Shown here: one piece after another, positions 1 through 9,377 of the stretch
Position numbering within the stretch: the first letter of the stretch is position 1
Layout: each line of letters opens with the position of its first letter
The notes under the pieces: model-generated
The model's database searches: none
Told to the model about the DNA's origin: nothing
Seen by the model: only the letters and a program-made list of their open reading frames with translations
Position numbers and translations under genes: made by a program
Assembly (NCBI GenBank): GCA_034429715.1
Contig: DAOUFR010000112.1
Coordinates: 3,242-67,241, forward strand
Origin: Dehalococcoidia bacterium
Lineage (GTDB): Bacteria; Chloroflexota; Dehalococcoidia; GIF9; UBA5629
Length of the DNA: 64,000 bases
Direction: 5' to 3'

Positions 1-25
1 GGGCACAGCAGGTCTTTCTTACAAC

Positions 26-1243
26 ATGGGCATAGCCGCACTGTGGAGTGTGATCGCCTATGCTGTGGGATTAATCGGTTTTTCCTTTATTGCGTTCGTT
101 ATCCGCAGGATAAAGTATTGGACGATACCCGAGGTGCTGAAAGCACGTTACGGCAATGCGACACGGGTCATCGGTGCAATATTCCTGCTTCTCGGCCTGA
201 TTGCGCTCTTTGGTGTACAAGTTGCTGCGCTCGGTACCGTATTTACGGCGACTGGTAATTTTTACGGCATTGACTATCAACTGGCCGTAATAATTGCCGG
301 GGCGGTAATGATAGCCTACTGTTTTGCAGGCGGTATGTTTGCCCTGGCATATACCGAGATTATCCAGGCTATACTACTGCTGGTCATACTAGGCATAGCC
401 CTGCCGATATTCCTGCTTAATGGTGTCCAGTTCAGCGATGTAGCGGCCAAAATCCCACCCAGTATGCTGGATTTTATGGGCGGTGTTCCACCGGCAACCA
501 TTCTTGCCTGGTTCTTGACTATGACTCCCATCTGTTTTATCGATGTCTCACTCTGGCAGCGCGCTTCCTCTTCGAAATCAGAGAACGTAGCGCGCAGGAG
601 CATATGGGTCTCGACAATATTGTATTTTGGTTACAGCGTGGCAATCGTTTTAATTGGAATCCTAGGTTTTTACTATTACCCCAATCTAGTAAAGGATTAT
701 GGCACCGCGGATGTGGTGATGCCCGTAATGATTATGAACCATTTACCTACTGTCATGATCGGCCTCTCAATTGCGGCGATACTTGCAGTAATAATGTCCA
801 CGGCTGCCAGTGTCCTAATGGTTGCCGGAATGACCGTATCGAGGGATATCGCCCGTTTCTTCAGGCCATCCATAAGTGAAAAAAGTGGGTTGGTTACAGC
901 CCGGGTTGCTGTGATATTGATCGGTGTATTCGGAATCACATTCGCACTGCTGATGCGCGGCATATTTGACATGATGCTACTCTCGTTCGCCCTATTCATC
1001 GCCATCGGTTTTGTACCCACCATGGCAGCGCTTTTCTGGAACAAGGCCACCAATGCGGGGGCAATAGCAAGCATGATAGGTGGAGGCCTGACCGTGGTGC
1101 CGTTGTACGCGTTCAATAAACCGTTCGGCATTGAGCCTATCTTTGCTTCGCTCGTGGTCTCGTTCCTGCTTATGGTAATAGTGAGTCTGGCCACATATAA
1201 AAAGGGAGTCACTCCCAAGAAGTTATCTGAACTGGAAAACTAG
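26..1243 (+). CDS. Sodium:solute symporter (SSS family) permease. The true start may lie upstream of the window start.
   Basis: 405-aa ORF that is multi-TM throughout. The overall architecture is typical of PutP/PanF-like Na+/solute symporters. The ORF begins 25 nt from the window edge, so the N-terminus is uncertain. Confidence 0.75.
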   Translation: MGIAALWSVIAYAVGLIGFSFIAFVIRRIKYWTIPEVLKARYGNATRVIGAIFLLLGLIALFGVQVAALGTVFTATGNFYGIDYQLAVIIAGAVMIAYCFAGGMFALAYTEIIQAILLLVILGIALPIFLLNGVQFSDVAAKIPPSMLDFMGGVPPATILAWFLTMTPICFIDVSLWQRASSSKSENVARRSIWVSTILYFGYSVAIVLIGILGFYYYPNLVKDYGTADVVMPVMIMNHLPTVMIGLSIAAILAVIMSTAASVLMVAGMTVSRDIARFFRPSISEKSGLVTARVAVILIGVFGITFALLMRGIFDMMLLSFALFIAIGFVPTMAALFWNKATNAGAIASMIGGGLTVVPLYAFNKPFGIEPIFASLVVSFLLMVIVSLATYKKGVTPKKLSELEN

Positions 1244-1299
1244 ATATACTGTCAACACACACCTTATAAAATTTATCTTCAGTGTATTGATAAAGAACA

Positions 1300-1347
1300 G
1301 AGCGCCCTTCTGCATAACAGAGATTTGATTTGTTCAGAGGGGTGCTC
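1300..1347 (+). other. Stable plus-strand RNA hairpin: a 13-bp stem with a 22-nt loop, downstream of the symporter gene.
   Basis: GAGCGCCCTTCTG (1300-1312) pairs perfectly with CAGAGGGGTGCTC (1335-1347). Two of the pairs are G·U wobbles, which would be C·A mismatches on the minus strand. The structure is therefore plus-strand specific. No U-tract follows it. Confidence 0.4.
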
Positions 1348-1465
1348 CATTATAACATTCTATATTCAGAATGTGAGAGTCATTTGAAGATTAATTACTA
1401 TGCCCAATTATCCTATAAATTAATAACGGACCTCATTTTAATATGAAGTCCGCTAATAATTTTCG

Positions 1466-1813
1466 TGGTGGAGGCGAGGGAGGGTCGAACTCCCCGTCCA
1501 GAAAAAAGTTGCCAGCACTTCTACAGGCTTAGTCTGCTCTTTATGCTCACCCGCTCAGCCTCTGCAGGCGGAGTTTAAGCGGGCCAGCTGATAAATCTTA
1601 GGCAATCCTCATCAGCATCGGGACTGTCGCACCCCGGCATTTCGTCGCCCAATCCAATCCCACCGGGACGAGGAAAGGTTGGACGAGCGGCCTGGTTAGG
1701 CTGCTACTGGAACTGCTTCGTTGGCAGTTGTGTTTTGCCACCGGATTAACGAGGTAGATGGCGCCTCGGCCTGCCGTACTGTGGGCTCTTCCCTGTCGAA
1801 GCCACGCGCCCCC
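1466..1813 (-). ncRNA. ssrA: tmRNA (SsrA), transfer-messenger RNA.
   Basis: The minus-strand 5' end reads GGGGGCGCGUGGCUUCGACAGGGAAG. The 3' end reads GGACGGGGAGUUCGACCCUCCCUCGCCUCCACCA, a tRNA-Ala-like T-arm and acceptor ending in CCA. An internal tag ORF, GCC AAC GAA GCA GTT CCA GTA GCA GCC TAA, encodes ANEAVPVAA* on the minus strand at 1725→1696. The length of about 348 nt is typical, and smpB lies immediately adjacent. Confidence 0.8.
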
Positions 1814-1826
1814 ACATATTCGGTTG

Positions 1827-2294
1827 TTAACGTGCTTTGCGGGCCCCCGATTTCATGGCCCGCTCCACTATACGCTCTGTCTCGCGCCTGGCGATAGTAT
1901 CGCGCTTGTCGAACTGCTTTTTGCCCCTGCCTACGCCTATCTCCAGCTTTGCGAGCCCGTTTTTAATATATATCCGCAGAGGCACCAGAGTCAAACCTTT
2001 CTGGTTGGCCGTCTGCTCCAATTCGGCTATCTGGCTGCGGTGCATCAGCAGCTTGCGCCGCCGGTCCGGCTCATGCGTATTGAACCCGCCCGCCTGGTAT
2101 GCGGATATATGCGAGTTATGCAGCCATAGCTCGCCCTTCTCGGGCCTGGCATAGGCGTCCTTGATGTTGACCCGGCCCATCCGTACGGACTTGATCTCGG
2201 AGCCTTTAAGCGCTATGCCGGCCTCGTAGCTTTCCAGGATGTGGTAATCATGGTAAGCCTTTTTGTTTACTGTAATCGTCTTCAGGTTATCCAT
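1827..2294 (-). CDS. smpB: SsrA-binding protein SmpB.
   Basis: 155 aa. Conserved SmpB core, including GSEIKSVR, NIKDAYA, LWLHN and KLLMHRSQI, with a basic C-terminal tail. It sits 13 nt upstream of ssrA on the same strand. Confidence 0.9.
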   Translation of the reverse strand: MDNLKTITVNKKAYHDYHILESYEAGIALKGSEIKSVRMGRVNIKDAYARPEKGELWLHNSHISAYQAGGFNTHEPDRRRKLLMHRSQIAELEQTANQKGLTLVPLRIYIKNGLAKLEIGVGRGKKQFDKRDTIARRETERIVERAMKSGARKAR

Positions 2295-2351
2295 ATATGA
2301 TACAATTCTACCGCTGCCAACGCCTTAACTACACGTGAGGAGGGGAAGTTA

Positions 2352-2861
2352 ATGACGGGTATCCGCGAGAAGATGTGGCTTATTATAGCAGCATTGCTGG
2401 CAGTTTTCCTCATCACCGGCATAGTATTTTTCTGCGTCCGCATCTCCAACCTCCAGCCAACCGAGATAATCCTGAGCGACTTTAAACAGGCCGATATCAG
2501 CGGCGACGTACATATAAGCGGAAGTGTGGCCCGACCCGGCATCTACACAACCCGGCCGGGCGATACGCTGACGGCGCTCGTTTCGTCGGCAGGCATCTCG
2601 GACAACGCCGACATCGGCGGCATATCCATCTATGTGCCGGCAGCGGGAGAGACAGCCCGTCCACAGAAGGTGGACATCAACCGCGCGGACACCTGGCTGC
2701 TGCAAGCCCTGCCCGGTATAGGTGAGGGAAAAGCTGCGCAGATCGTCGATTACCGGACCGCCAACGGCCCCTTCCGCAGCGTAGACGACCTGCTCAAAAT
2801 TAAAGGCTTCGGAAAATCTGCAGTCGATGACCTGCGCAGCTTCGTCTCAACAGGTGAGTAA
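2352..2861 (+). CDS. comEA: Competence protein ComEA: an N-terminal TM/SLBB region with a C-terminal helix-hairpin-helix DNA-binding domain.
   Basis: N-terminal TM segment. Motifs VDINRADTWLLQALPGIGEGKAAQIVDYRTANGPF and LLKIKGFG are typical tandem HhH motifs of ComEA. Confidence 0.8.
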   Translation: MTGIREKMWLIIAALLAVFLITGIVFFCVRISNLQPTEIILSDFKQADISGDVHISGSVARPGIYTTRPGDTLTALVSSAGISDNADIGGISIYVPAAGETARPQKVDINRADTWLLQALPGIGEGKAAQIVDYRTANGPFRSVDDLLKIKGFGKSAVDDLRSFVSTGE

Positions 2862-2867
2862 ACCGAT

Positions 2868-5309
2868 ATGCCCCTTCTATACGTCAGCATCGCCTGGATA
2901 GCCGGCATATTTGCAGGCTCGATCTTCACCGCCCCTGTCTGGTTGCTGGCACTCCCGTTGACCGTTTTACTGCTGATCATTCTGATGCCCGGGCACCGAA
3001 GGCCGCTGGCATTGCTGGCCGTATGCCTGCTGGCTTTTCCCGCCGGCGCCCTGCTCTATCAATCGTCTCAACATCCGCTCGACGGCACGCAGGTACAGTA
3101 CTACAACGATCAGGGCCCTGTATCGCTGGAAGGAGTCATCGACGACCAACCCGAGGTCAGAGGCAGTTCGCTGGAGTTCAAGCTCGCTGCAAACAGTATC
3201 AGCATAGCCGACAATTCCTCGTCAATCAAAGGAGGCGTGCTGGTCAGATTGCCTTTTTACCGCTCTCTCCGATACGGCGACATGCTTCGACTGAGCGGCA
3301 GGCTGGAAACTCCGCCACAATTCGAAGATTTCGATTACCGTGATTACCTGGCTAACAAGGGAATTTATTCGATCATAAATTACCCGGCGGTAACCATAAT
3401 CGGCACGGACAAAGGATTGCCCCCATTGGCCTGGATTTACGGCCTGCGCGACAGCCTGTCAGATGGTCTTTTGTTATGTCTACCCGAACCGCAGAGTTCA
3501 CTGGCGCGCGCGATACTGCTGGGATTGCGAGGGAGCCTGCCTTACGACCTTCTGCAGTCTTTCTACGCAACCGGCACCACTCACCTGATCGCTATCTCCG
3601 GCATGAATTTGACCATACTGCTCGGTATGGTGCTGGCCATGACCATCTGGATCTTCGGCAGAAAAAACAGGGCTTACTTCTGGATATCTCTGTCCTCCAT
3701 CTGGCTTTACACCGTACTTACGGGCATGCCGGCGAGCATGGTCAGAGCAGCGATCATGGGCAGCGTGTTTCTGTTAGCGGAGTTGCTGGGGAGGCAGCGC
3801 AACGGCCTGGCAGCCCTTGTGCTGGCAGCTGCACTGATGACCGTGGCAGAGCCACGCGTTCTGTGGGACATCAGCTTCCAGTTGAGCTTTCTGTCCATGC
3901 TGGGCCTAATTCTGATAGCCTCATATTTAATTGATTTCGCCAGCCCGCACCTGCCAGGCCGTCAAAGCAGGTATATTGTCTGGTTGAAAAAAATCATCGT
4001 CATCAGCTTCGCGACAACACTGGCAGCAGTAATAGCGACCTGGCCCGTGACGGCGCTCAGTTTTCACTCTTTTTCCATCGTCAGCGCGCCCGCCACCTTC
4101 TTTTCCATGCCTTCCTTCCCGGGCATTATTGTCACTTCACTGCTCACAGCCACAGCGAGCCTGATCTGGCCGCCGCTGGGAACGGTACTCGGTTGGATCG
4201 CATGGCTGTTCTTATCGTATTTCCTGCTCGTGGTCCAGATATTCAGCTCGATACCTGCAGCGTACATCCGCGAAATTGAACTGCAGCCCTGGATAGCCAT
4301 AGCCTACTATATTGCGCTGGGCCTCATACTGGCCGGCATTAAATACAGGCAGCACGTCAGGACTTTTATCAAATCATGGGCGGACAAAGCGCGGCAGGCG
4401 GCAGGCGCCCTGAAGTCGATCAACTTCAAACCGATCATCTACCCTGCGCTGGCTGTTCTGCTGGCAGGCAATATACTTGTATGGACCGCCGTTTCCCTGT
4501 TGCCGGACGGGCAGCTTCACGTAAGCATTCTCGACGTCGGCCAGGGCGAATGCATATTGGTCAGGACCCCGGACGGCCGGAATATTCTGATCGACGCCGG
4601 CCCTGACCCGGCGTCAGCCTGCGTTCAACTGGGTAAAAAGCTACCGTTTTGGGACAGGCAGATAGATATGCTTGTCCTGACGCAGCTTCAATCCGACCAC
4701 ATAGCCGGCGCAATTGAACTGCTGAAACGCTACAACGTCCGCTCTCTGGCGCTTCCTCCCACCACCAGTAAAGCCATACTGCCGGCTGAAATCGTTAAAA
4801 CCTCACATGATCAGAGAGTCGCTATACACACACTGGCCTGCGGCAAACAGTTGGACGCCGGCAGCAACCTCCGCCTGACGGTGCTCAATCCCCCGGACGA
4901 ACCTTTCAAAGGCACTGAAGACGACATCAACAATAATTCCATTGTAATCAGAATTACCTATGGAGAAGTGAGTTTCCTGCTGTGCTCCGATATCGGTATG
5001 GAGGCCGAGCAGTACCTGGCCGGCAAGAGAGCAGACCTGCAAAGCAACGTCCTCAAGGTTGCACACCACGGAAGCAAAGGATCGAGCTCGGATGAGTTCC
5101 TGACCATCGTTGATCCTGCATCCGCCGCCATATCCGCCGGCGCGGTCAACCGTTTCGGACATCCCAGCCGGGAGACGCTTGAACGGCTATCGTCTAAAGT
5201 GCCGGGGCACAATATCTTCGTTACAGCGGTCCACGGCAATATCGAGTACGTCACCGACGGGCGGAGGCTCTGGGCCGTAACCGATAAACCCGCGCCTTCT
5301 TCGCCCTGA
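2868..5309 (+). CDS. comEC: DNA internalisation competence protein ComEC/Rec2: an integral-membrane competence domain plus a C-terminal metallo-beta-lactamase domain.
   Basis: 813 aa and multi-TM. HLIAISGMNLTILLG is the ComEC signature. The C-terminal LDVGQGECILV...HHGS region is MBL-fold. It lies directly downstream of comEA. Confidence 0.85.
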   Translation: MPLLYVSIAWIAGIFAGSIFTAPVWLLALPLTVLLLIILMPGHRRPLALLAVCLLAFPAGALLYQSSQHPLDGTQVQYYNDQGPVSLEGVIDDQPEVRGSSLEFKLAANSISIADNSSSIKGGVLVRLPFYRSLRYGDMLRLSGRLETPPQFEDFDYRDYLANKGIYSIINYPAVTIIGTDKGLPPLAWIYGLRDSLSDGLLLCLPEPQSSLARAILLGLRGSLPYDLLQSFYATGTTHLIAISGMNLTILLGMVLAMTIWIFGRKNRAYFWISLSSIWLYTVLTGMPASMVRAAIMGSVFLLAELLGRQRNGLAALVLAAALMTVAEPRVLWDISFQLSFLSMLGLILIASYLIDFASPHLPGRQSRYIVWLKKIIVISFATTLAAVIATWPVTALSFHSFSIVSAPATFFSMPSFPGIIVTSLLTATASLIWPPLGTVLGWIAWLFLSYFLLVVQIFSSIPAAYIREIELQPWIAIAYYIALGLILAGIKYRQHVRTFIKSWADKARQAAGALKSINFKPIIYPALAVLLAGNILVWTAVSLLPDGQLHVSILDVGQGECILVRTPDGRNILIDAGPDPASACVQLGKKLPFWDRQIDMLVLTQLQSDHIAGAIELLKRYNVRSLALPPTTSKAILPAEIVKTSHDQRVAIHTLACGKQLDAGSNLRLTVLNPPDEPFKGTEDDINNNSIVIRITYGEVSFLLCSDIGMEAEQYLAGKRADLQSNVLKVAHHGSKGSSSDEFLTIVDPASAAISAGAVNRFGHPSRETLERLSSKVPGHNIFVTAVHGNIEYVTDGRRLWAVTDKPAPSSP

Positions 5310-5422
5310 TATACACCATGCGCGTGATTTCAAGTATAATTGCTAAAGACAATAATTAATATCATGTATATTTCACCGCATTATTCATATGAGGGGCGGG
5401 GTAATATCGAGAGGAGAAATAA

Positions 5423-6055
5423 ATGAACGAAAGATTGGCCATCTTTATCGATGGCAGTAACCTTTACCACTCGCTGAAAAACAACTTTAAACGCTTCGAT
5501 CTCAATTTCGGCGAGTTCACCAGGAAGCTGTGCGGCAGCAGGCAGCTGATACGCACCTACTACTATAACGTGCTGCAGGAGTCCAACAAGGGATCCGAGG
5601 GCTCCCGCGAGCAGCAGGAGTTTTTAGAGACGCTGCGCAAAACGCCCTACCTGGAGTTGAGGCTGGGCACCACCAAGCTTTCACAGGGTATACCGGTTGA
5701 GCGCGGCATAGACGTAATGCTGGCCACCGACCTGCTGTACTTCGCGGCCAACAATACTTATGATACGGCCGTGCTGGTCAGCGGAGACTCGGACTTCAAT
5801 TACACGGTGCAGACTGTGAAAAATATGGGCAAACACGTGGAAGTAGCCTATTTCGAGAACGCTGCATCAAGAGACCTGATTAATTCGGCTGACTTTCTGC
5901 ACCAGCTCGACAGCAAGTTTTTCACATCTCTCTGGACCTCGGGACAACGAAAACATATCCGGAGAAAACCCCGCTACAGGAGGCAGGCTGCTGTGGCAAT
6001 CGCTAATTCCCCTTCGACGGAAGACCAGGGAACCGCTCAACAAGAGCTTCTCTGA
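5423..6055 (+). CDS. NYN/LabA-like domain protein (PIN-like putative RNase).
   Basis: The N-terminal LAIFIDGSNLYHS and later VLVSGDSDF motifs are characteristic of NYN/LabA (DUF88). The C-terminus is a low-complexity basic tail. Confidence 0.7.
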   Translation: MNERLAIFIDGSNLYHSLKNNFKRFDLNFGEFTRKLCGSRQLIRTYYYNVLQESNKGSEGSREQQEFLETLRKTPYLELRLGTTKLSQGIPVERGIDVMLATDLLYFAANNTYDTAVLVSGDSDFNYTVQTVKNMGKHVEVAYFENAASRDLINSADFLHQLDSKFFTSLWTSGQRKHIRRKPRYRRQAAVAIANSPSTEDQGTAQQELL

Positions 6056-6284
6056 TTGCCGGACATTCGGAATACACCTGCTGGAGAGTGACCTCCTCCC
6101 CGCTTGCCCTCAGCACACGCACGTCAGGATATCGTTCTACCAGCAAATAGGCGGGCTGCCTGTAAGCGTAAAATGAAACGGTTCCACCGATATCCGCCCA
6201 GGTTAGAGTGGACCTGACTATCGGTGTCAGCTTCACCCCCGAAACCTCGTGCGCCTCTCCGCAGCTGATTAGCTCTTTATGCAT
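6003..6284 (-). CDS. Hypothetical 93-aa ORF. It may be the out-of-frame C-terminal continuation of the DUF2953 gene, or it may be spurious.
   Basis: It overlaps the NYN gene end by 53 nt, convergently, and the DUF2953 ORF by 16 nt in another frame. There is no recognisable domain. Confidence 0.2.
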   Translation of the reverse strand: MHKELISCGEAHEVSGVKLTPIVRSTLTWADIGGTVSFYAYRQPAYLLVERYPDVRVLRASGEEVTLQQVYSECPAIREALVERFPGLPSKGN

Positions 6285-6862
6285 GGACCTCCAGCCATTA
6301 TCTTCCTCGCCCGTCGAAATTCGGGAGAGAGGGCAAATCCCAGGCAGGGTACAAGCATGTGAACAGGACGGACCTGCAGATCGCCGCAGATATCCCCCTC
6401 CAGAAAAAGTTCTTCCTCAAAAGCGGGCTGAATTAAGACTGCGCCGTCAAACCTTTGATTTAAATACAAAACAGCAGGTATGAAAATTCCCGCCAGCATG
6501 CCGGTATAATAATCGTCCCCCAGGCTCACCCTTAGATCCGATTGAATGGACTGCACCCTCACCCGATGGTATATTTGCTTGATCAGCAGTTTGATCCTTG
6601 CTCCCAGGCCTTTGACCTGTGCAACATCAAGCATTTGGGACATCGTGTCATGTCCGGTCTTTTCAAGTTCAACCTTGGCTGGCTTTTTTTCGCGCGCGTG
6701 TGCGCTGGACATCTCCCATGACAGCAGCCCGAAAAAGCATTCAATTCTTGCCTTGAAGGTGGCGCCGCCGTGGAAGCTGGCCGACAGCCGGATGCCCAGC
6801 GGAAGCACCAGCAGTAGAATTATAAGGGCAAGTATTGCAAGAACGATGATAAGCGGGGCCAA
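6269..6862 (-). CDS. DUF2953-family membrane protein, similar to the sporulation protein YtfI.
   Basis: 197 aa with an N-terminal hydrophobic segment (MAPLIIVLAILALIILLLVLPLGIRL). It lies immediately downstream of a GerW/YtfJ homolog, as in the Bacillus ytfJ-ytfI pair. Confidence 0.5.
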   Translation of the reverse strand: MAPLIIVLAILALIILLLVLPLGIRLSASFHGGATFKARIECFFGLLSWEMSSAHAREKKPAKVELEKTGHDTMSQMLDVAQVKGLGARIKLLIKQIYHRVRVQSIQSDLRVSLGDDYYTGMLAGIFIPAVLYLNQRFDGAVLIQPAFEEELFLEGDICGDLQVRPVHMLVPCLGFALSPEFRRARKIMAGGPCIKS

Positions 6863-6865
6863 CGA

Positions 6866-7240
6866 TTACTCCTTCTTGCGTTCACCCCACCTGTCAGCGA
6901 TCTTTTCAACCACGCCGGGAACCTTTTCACCCAGTTTCTCCAGAGCTGCGGCCACGCTGCTCTTGATAGGTTCTATGCGCACCCCGTCCTTGTCAATGAT
7001 AATTATGGCAATCGGCCGCATTCCACCTGCGCCACCTGTTCCGCCCTTGAGGCCGTCACCGCTCTGCTTGGCATCAGCCTTTCCCGCGCCTCCCGCCGCG
7101 CCGAAACCGAACCCCATGCTGAGCAAAGGTATAAGCGTTGTTTCACCTACGGTGATGGGTTCACCGATGACCGTCTTGCTGCTGAGGACCTTCTCGATCT
7201 GACTGATGGTGGTCCTCACCATGTTTTCAACATCTTCCAT
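6866..7240 (-). CDS. GerW/YtfJ-family spore-type protein.
   Basis: 124 aa. Has IGEPITVGETTLIPL, a central Gly-rich GFGFGAAGGAG...GGTGGAGG block, and a following IIIDKDGVRIEP segment, which together match the GerW (YtfJ) family. Confidence 0.65.
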   Translation of the reverse strand: MEDVENMVRTTISQIEKVLSSKTVIGEPITVGETTLIPLLSMGFGFGAAGGAGKADAKQSGDGLKGGTGGAGGMRPIAIIIIDKDGVRIEPIKSSVAAALEKLGEKVPGVVEKIADRWGERKKE

Positions 7241-7337
7241 TAAGGCGCCCCCTTATTTAAGGACTATTCTCAATATAACGCTGCTTACTTAGTATTTTAC
7301 ATCAATCACAGACGGCAAGGCGAAGCAATTTATAACG

Positions 7338-8033
7338 TCACTTCGTCGCGTGATATATCTCGAGATTGCCGATATCGATCCACTTCTCTTTAAATGGATA
7401 GGCGATTACATTGTCGATGCCGACCAGGTGGGTGATAAAAACCCCCAGGTTATCCCGAACAGCTTTTTCGCAGAACGCGCTTATAACGGGAAATATCCTG
7501 GGCGGCAATATCCAGCAGGCCGTGGCCACAAGGCTGGTTTTAGGCGCGGCCGGCTTCTCCTCAAGCTCGATGATGCGGTCGCCTTCGATCTTCACCACTC
7601 CATACTGAGTAGCCCTGGAAGGGTGGCCTACATCATACACGGCCACCAGAACATGCCGGCCATCGTATGCGGCCAGGAAGCGGGAAAGGTCGAACTCGAA
7701 ATAATTGTCGGCGCCGAAAAGCAGCAGGTCCTCGGTTATATTCTTCTGTTTTATCCAGTAGTTCAGCGAGCCGATGGCTCCCAGCTTCTCGTCCTCCGAC
7801 CTGACGTTCTCAACACATATATCGATATCGCGTCCTTGCTCCCTGCCCCATTCCCGAAAATCATGCTCAAATTTCGTATTCACGTTAACCAGTATCTCGA
7901 TTTCCCGGGGTATCTTGTCCACAATGTGGTTGATCATGGGTTTGCCCTTGTAGGGTAAAAGCGCTTTGGCCCGGTTCATCGTTAACGGATATAGCCTGGT
8001 ACCGAAACCGCTGGCAAGGATCAAACATTTCAT
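7338..8033 (-). CDS. Sugar-phosphate nucleotidyltransferase (NTP_transferase family).
   Basis: The N-terminal LILASGFGTRLYPLT...KALLP motif is the canonical G-x-G-T-R-L nucleotidyltransferase signature. 231 aa. Confidence 0.8.
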   Translation of the reverse strand: MKCLILASGFGTRLYPLTMNRAKALLPYKGKPMINHIVDKIPREIEILVNVNTKFEHDFREWGREQGRDIDICVENVRSEDEKLGAIGSLNYWIKQKNITEDLLLFGADNYFEFDLSRFLAAYDGRHVLVAVYDVGHPSRATQYGVVKIEGDRIIELEEKPAAPKTSLVATACWILPPRIFPVISAFCEKAVRDNLGVFITHLVGIDNVIAYPFKEKWIDIGNLEIYHATK

Positions 8034-8142
8034 CTCAGAACAATCCTTTTCGCTAGATAGGCCTGAACCGAATTTGCATTTTACTCCACCGTCACCCTGT
8101 AATCAATTATAATTGTGTCAGGTATTGGCAAGGACTTGAGCA

Positions 8143-8922
8143 TTGAATCCCATCAGCGCCGTAATAAAACGACACCACCGCCTCACCCTCATAGGCAAAT
8201 CTGAGGTCAACCTGCAGGGCAACTCCATCAGTTACAGCCTAAAGCAAAGCCCCAGGACCAGGGGCATCAGGCTCGAGATCCGCAGCGAAACGGGCCTTAC
8301 AGTAGTTGTCCCCAAGAAGTACACGCGGCAACAGGTGGAGGACATACTCCGGCAAAAGTCTCGCTGGATACTAAAACACCTGCCGGCCAACAAGCCGGTC
8401 CAAATGCCGCTTTTTACCCACGAGCTCGGCCAGGGCGACAGGCTGCATTTCATGGGCAGGCCGATCGAAATCAGCATCAGCACTGTGAAATCGGCAACAT
8501 CCTCGGCCGTACTGGATGGCCATAAACTACTGATCTCCACAGGAGCAAGGGACGGCGCTATACCCCGAATCCTTGAGAAGTGGTACAGACAGCAGGCTGC
8601 GATGGTCTTCAGGCAAAAGGCCGATAGCTTCCAGCAAACTATGGGCCTGCACTACAACAGCATTTTCATACGCGGGCAGAGAACACGCTGGGGCAGCTGT
8701 TCACCTGCAGGCAACCTGACATTGAACTGGAAACTGCTGATGGCGCCTGAAGAAATCATCGACTACGTGGTTATACACGAACTGACCCACCTCAGACATA
8801 TGAACCATTCGAAAAAATTCTGGGACATGGTGGAGCAGTACTGCCCGGACTGGAGGAGATATCGGAAATGGCTTGTCACACACGAAGACGAGCTCAAGGC
8901 ACGCGCTTCTTTTAAGCTATAA
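8143..8922 (+). CDS. M48-like metallohydrolase of the YgjP/DUF45 family.
   Basis: C-terminal WGSCSP...IDYVVIHELTHLRHMNHSKKFW contains the HExxH zinc motif and the flanking conserved residues of the YgjP/DUF45 family. Confidence 0.75.
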   Translation: MNPISAVIKRHHRLTLIGKSEVNLQGNSISYSLKQSPRTRGIRLEIRSETGLTVVVPKKYTRQQVEDILRQKSRWILKHLPANKPVQMPLFTHELGQGDRLHFMGRPIEISISTVKSATSSAVLDGHKLLISTGARDGAIPRILEKWYRQQAAMVFRQKADSFQQTMGLHYNSIFIRGQRTRWGSCSPAGNLTLNWKLLMAPEEIIDYVVIHELTHLRHMNHSKKFWDMVEQYCPDWRRYRKWLVTHEDELKARASFKL

Positions 8923-8943
8923 TCTTGTATATCGTCACTGGAG

Positions 8944-9285
8944 GTGGCCATGAAAGTACATCATTACCGGGAAGTCGAAGCTGTTGAGGCCGCTGCCGGC
9001 GTGCGCATGCACATTGTGGCCGGACCAAAGGAGGGCGCCCCCAATTTCATCATGCGTGTCTTTGAGATAGAGCCGGGCAGCAATACCCCCTTTCATCAAC
9101 ACGATTGGGAGCATGAGATTTTTATACTTGAAGGCCCTGCCGCGGTCAAACATAAGGATGGAGAGACTTCGCTCAAGCCGGGTCATGCCATTTTTATACC
9201 GGCCAATGAAATGCACGGCATTCTAAATAAGGGAGACCGCACGGTCAAACTGATCTGCGTCATACCCAACGTGGATAAAAAATAA
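8944..9285 (+). CDS. Cupin-domain protein.
   Basis: 113 aa. PFHQHDWEHEIFILEG and IPANEMHG form the two-His-motif cupin fold. Confidence 0.7.
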   Translation: MAMKVHHYREVEAVEAAAGVRMHIVAGPKEGAPNFIMRVFEIEPGSNTPFHQHDWEHEIFILEGPAAVKHKDGETSLKPGHAIFIPANEMHGILNKGDRTVKLICVIPNVDKK

Positions 9286-9310
9286 TGGCCTTTCCAGATG
9301 TCCCTATCGG

Positions 9311-9340
9311 TTGACACAGGCTTCGAACAGGGTTTAACAT
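9311..9340 (+). promoter_or_regulatory. Candidate sigma70-type promoter for the por operon: TTGACA, an 18-nt spacer, then TAACAT.
   Basis: Consensus -35 TTGACA at 9311-9316 and a weak -10 TAACAT at 9335-9340. It lies about 40 nt upstream of porG. Confidence 0.3.
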
Positions 9341-9377
9341 ATATCTTCGTTGTGTATTTGTCGACCTTTGAGAGAAA

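Noticed and set aside
1758-2154. Plus-strand ORFs of 123 and 105 aa across the ssrA 5' end and smpB.
   Set aside because: They overlap the tmRNA and the conserved smpB gene on the opposite strand and have no domain signal.
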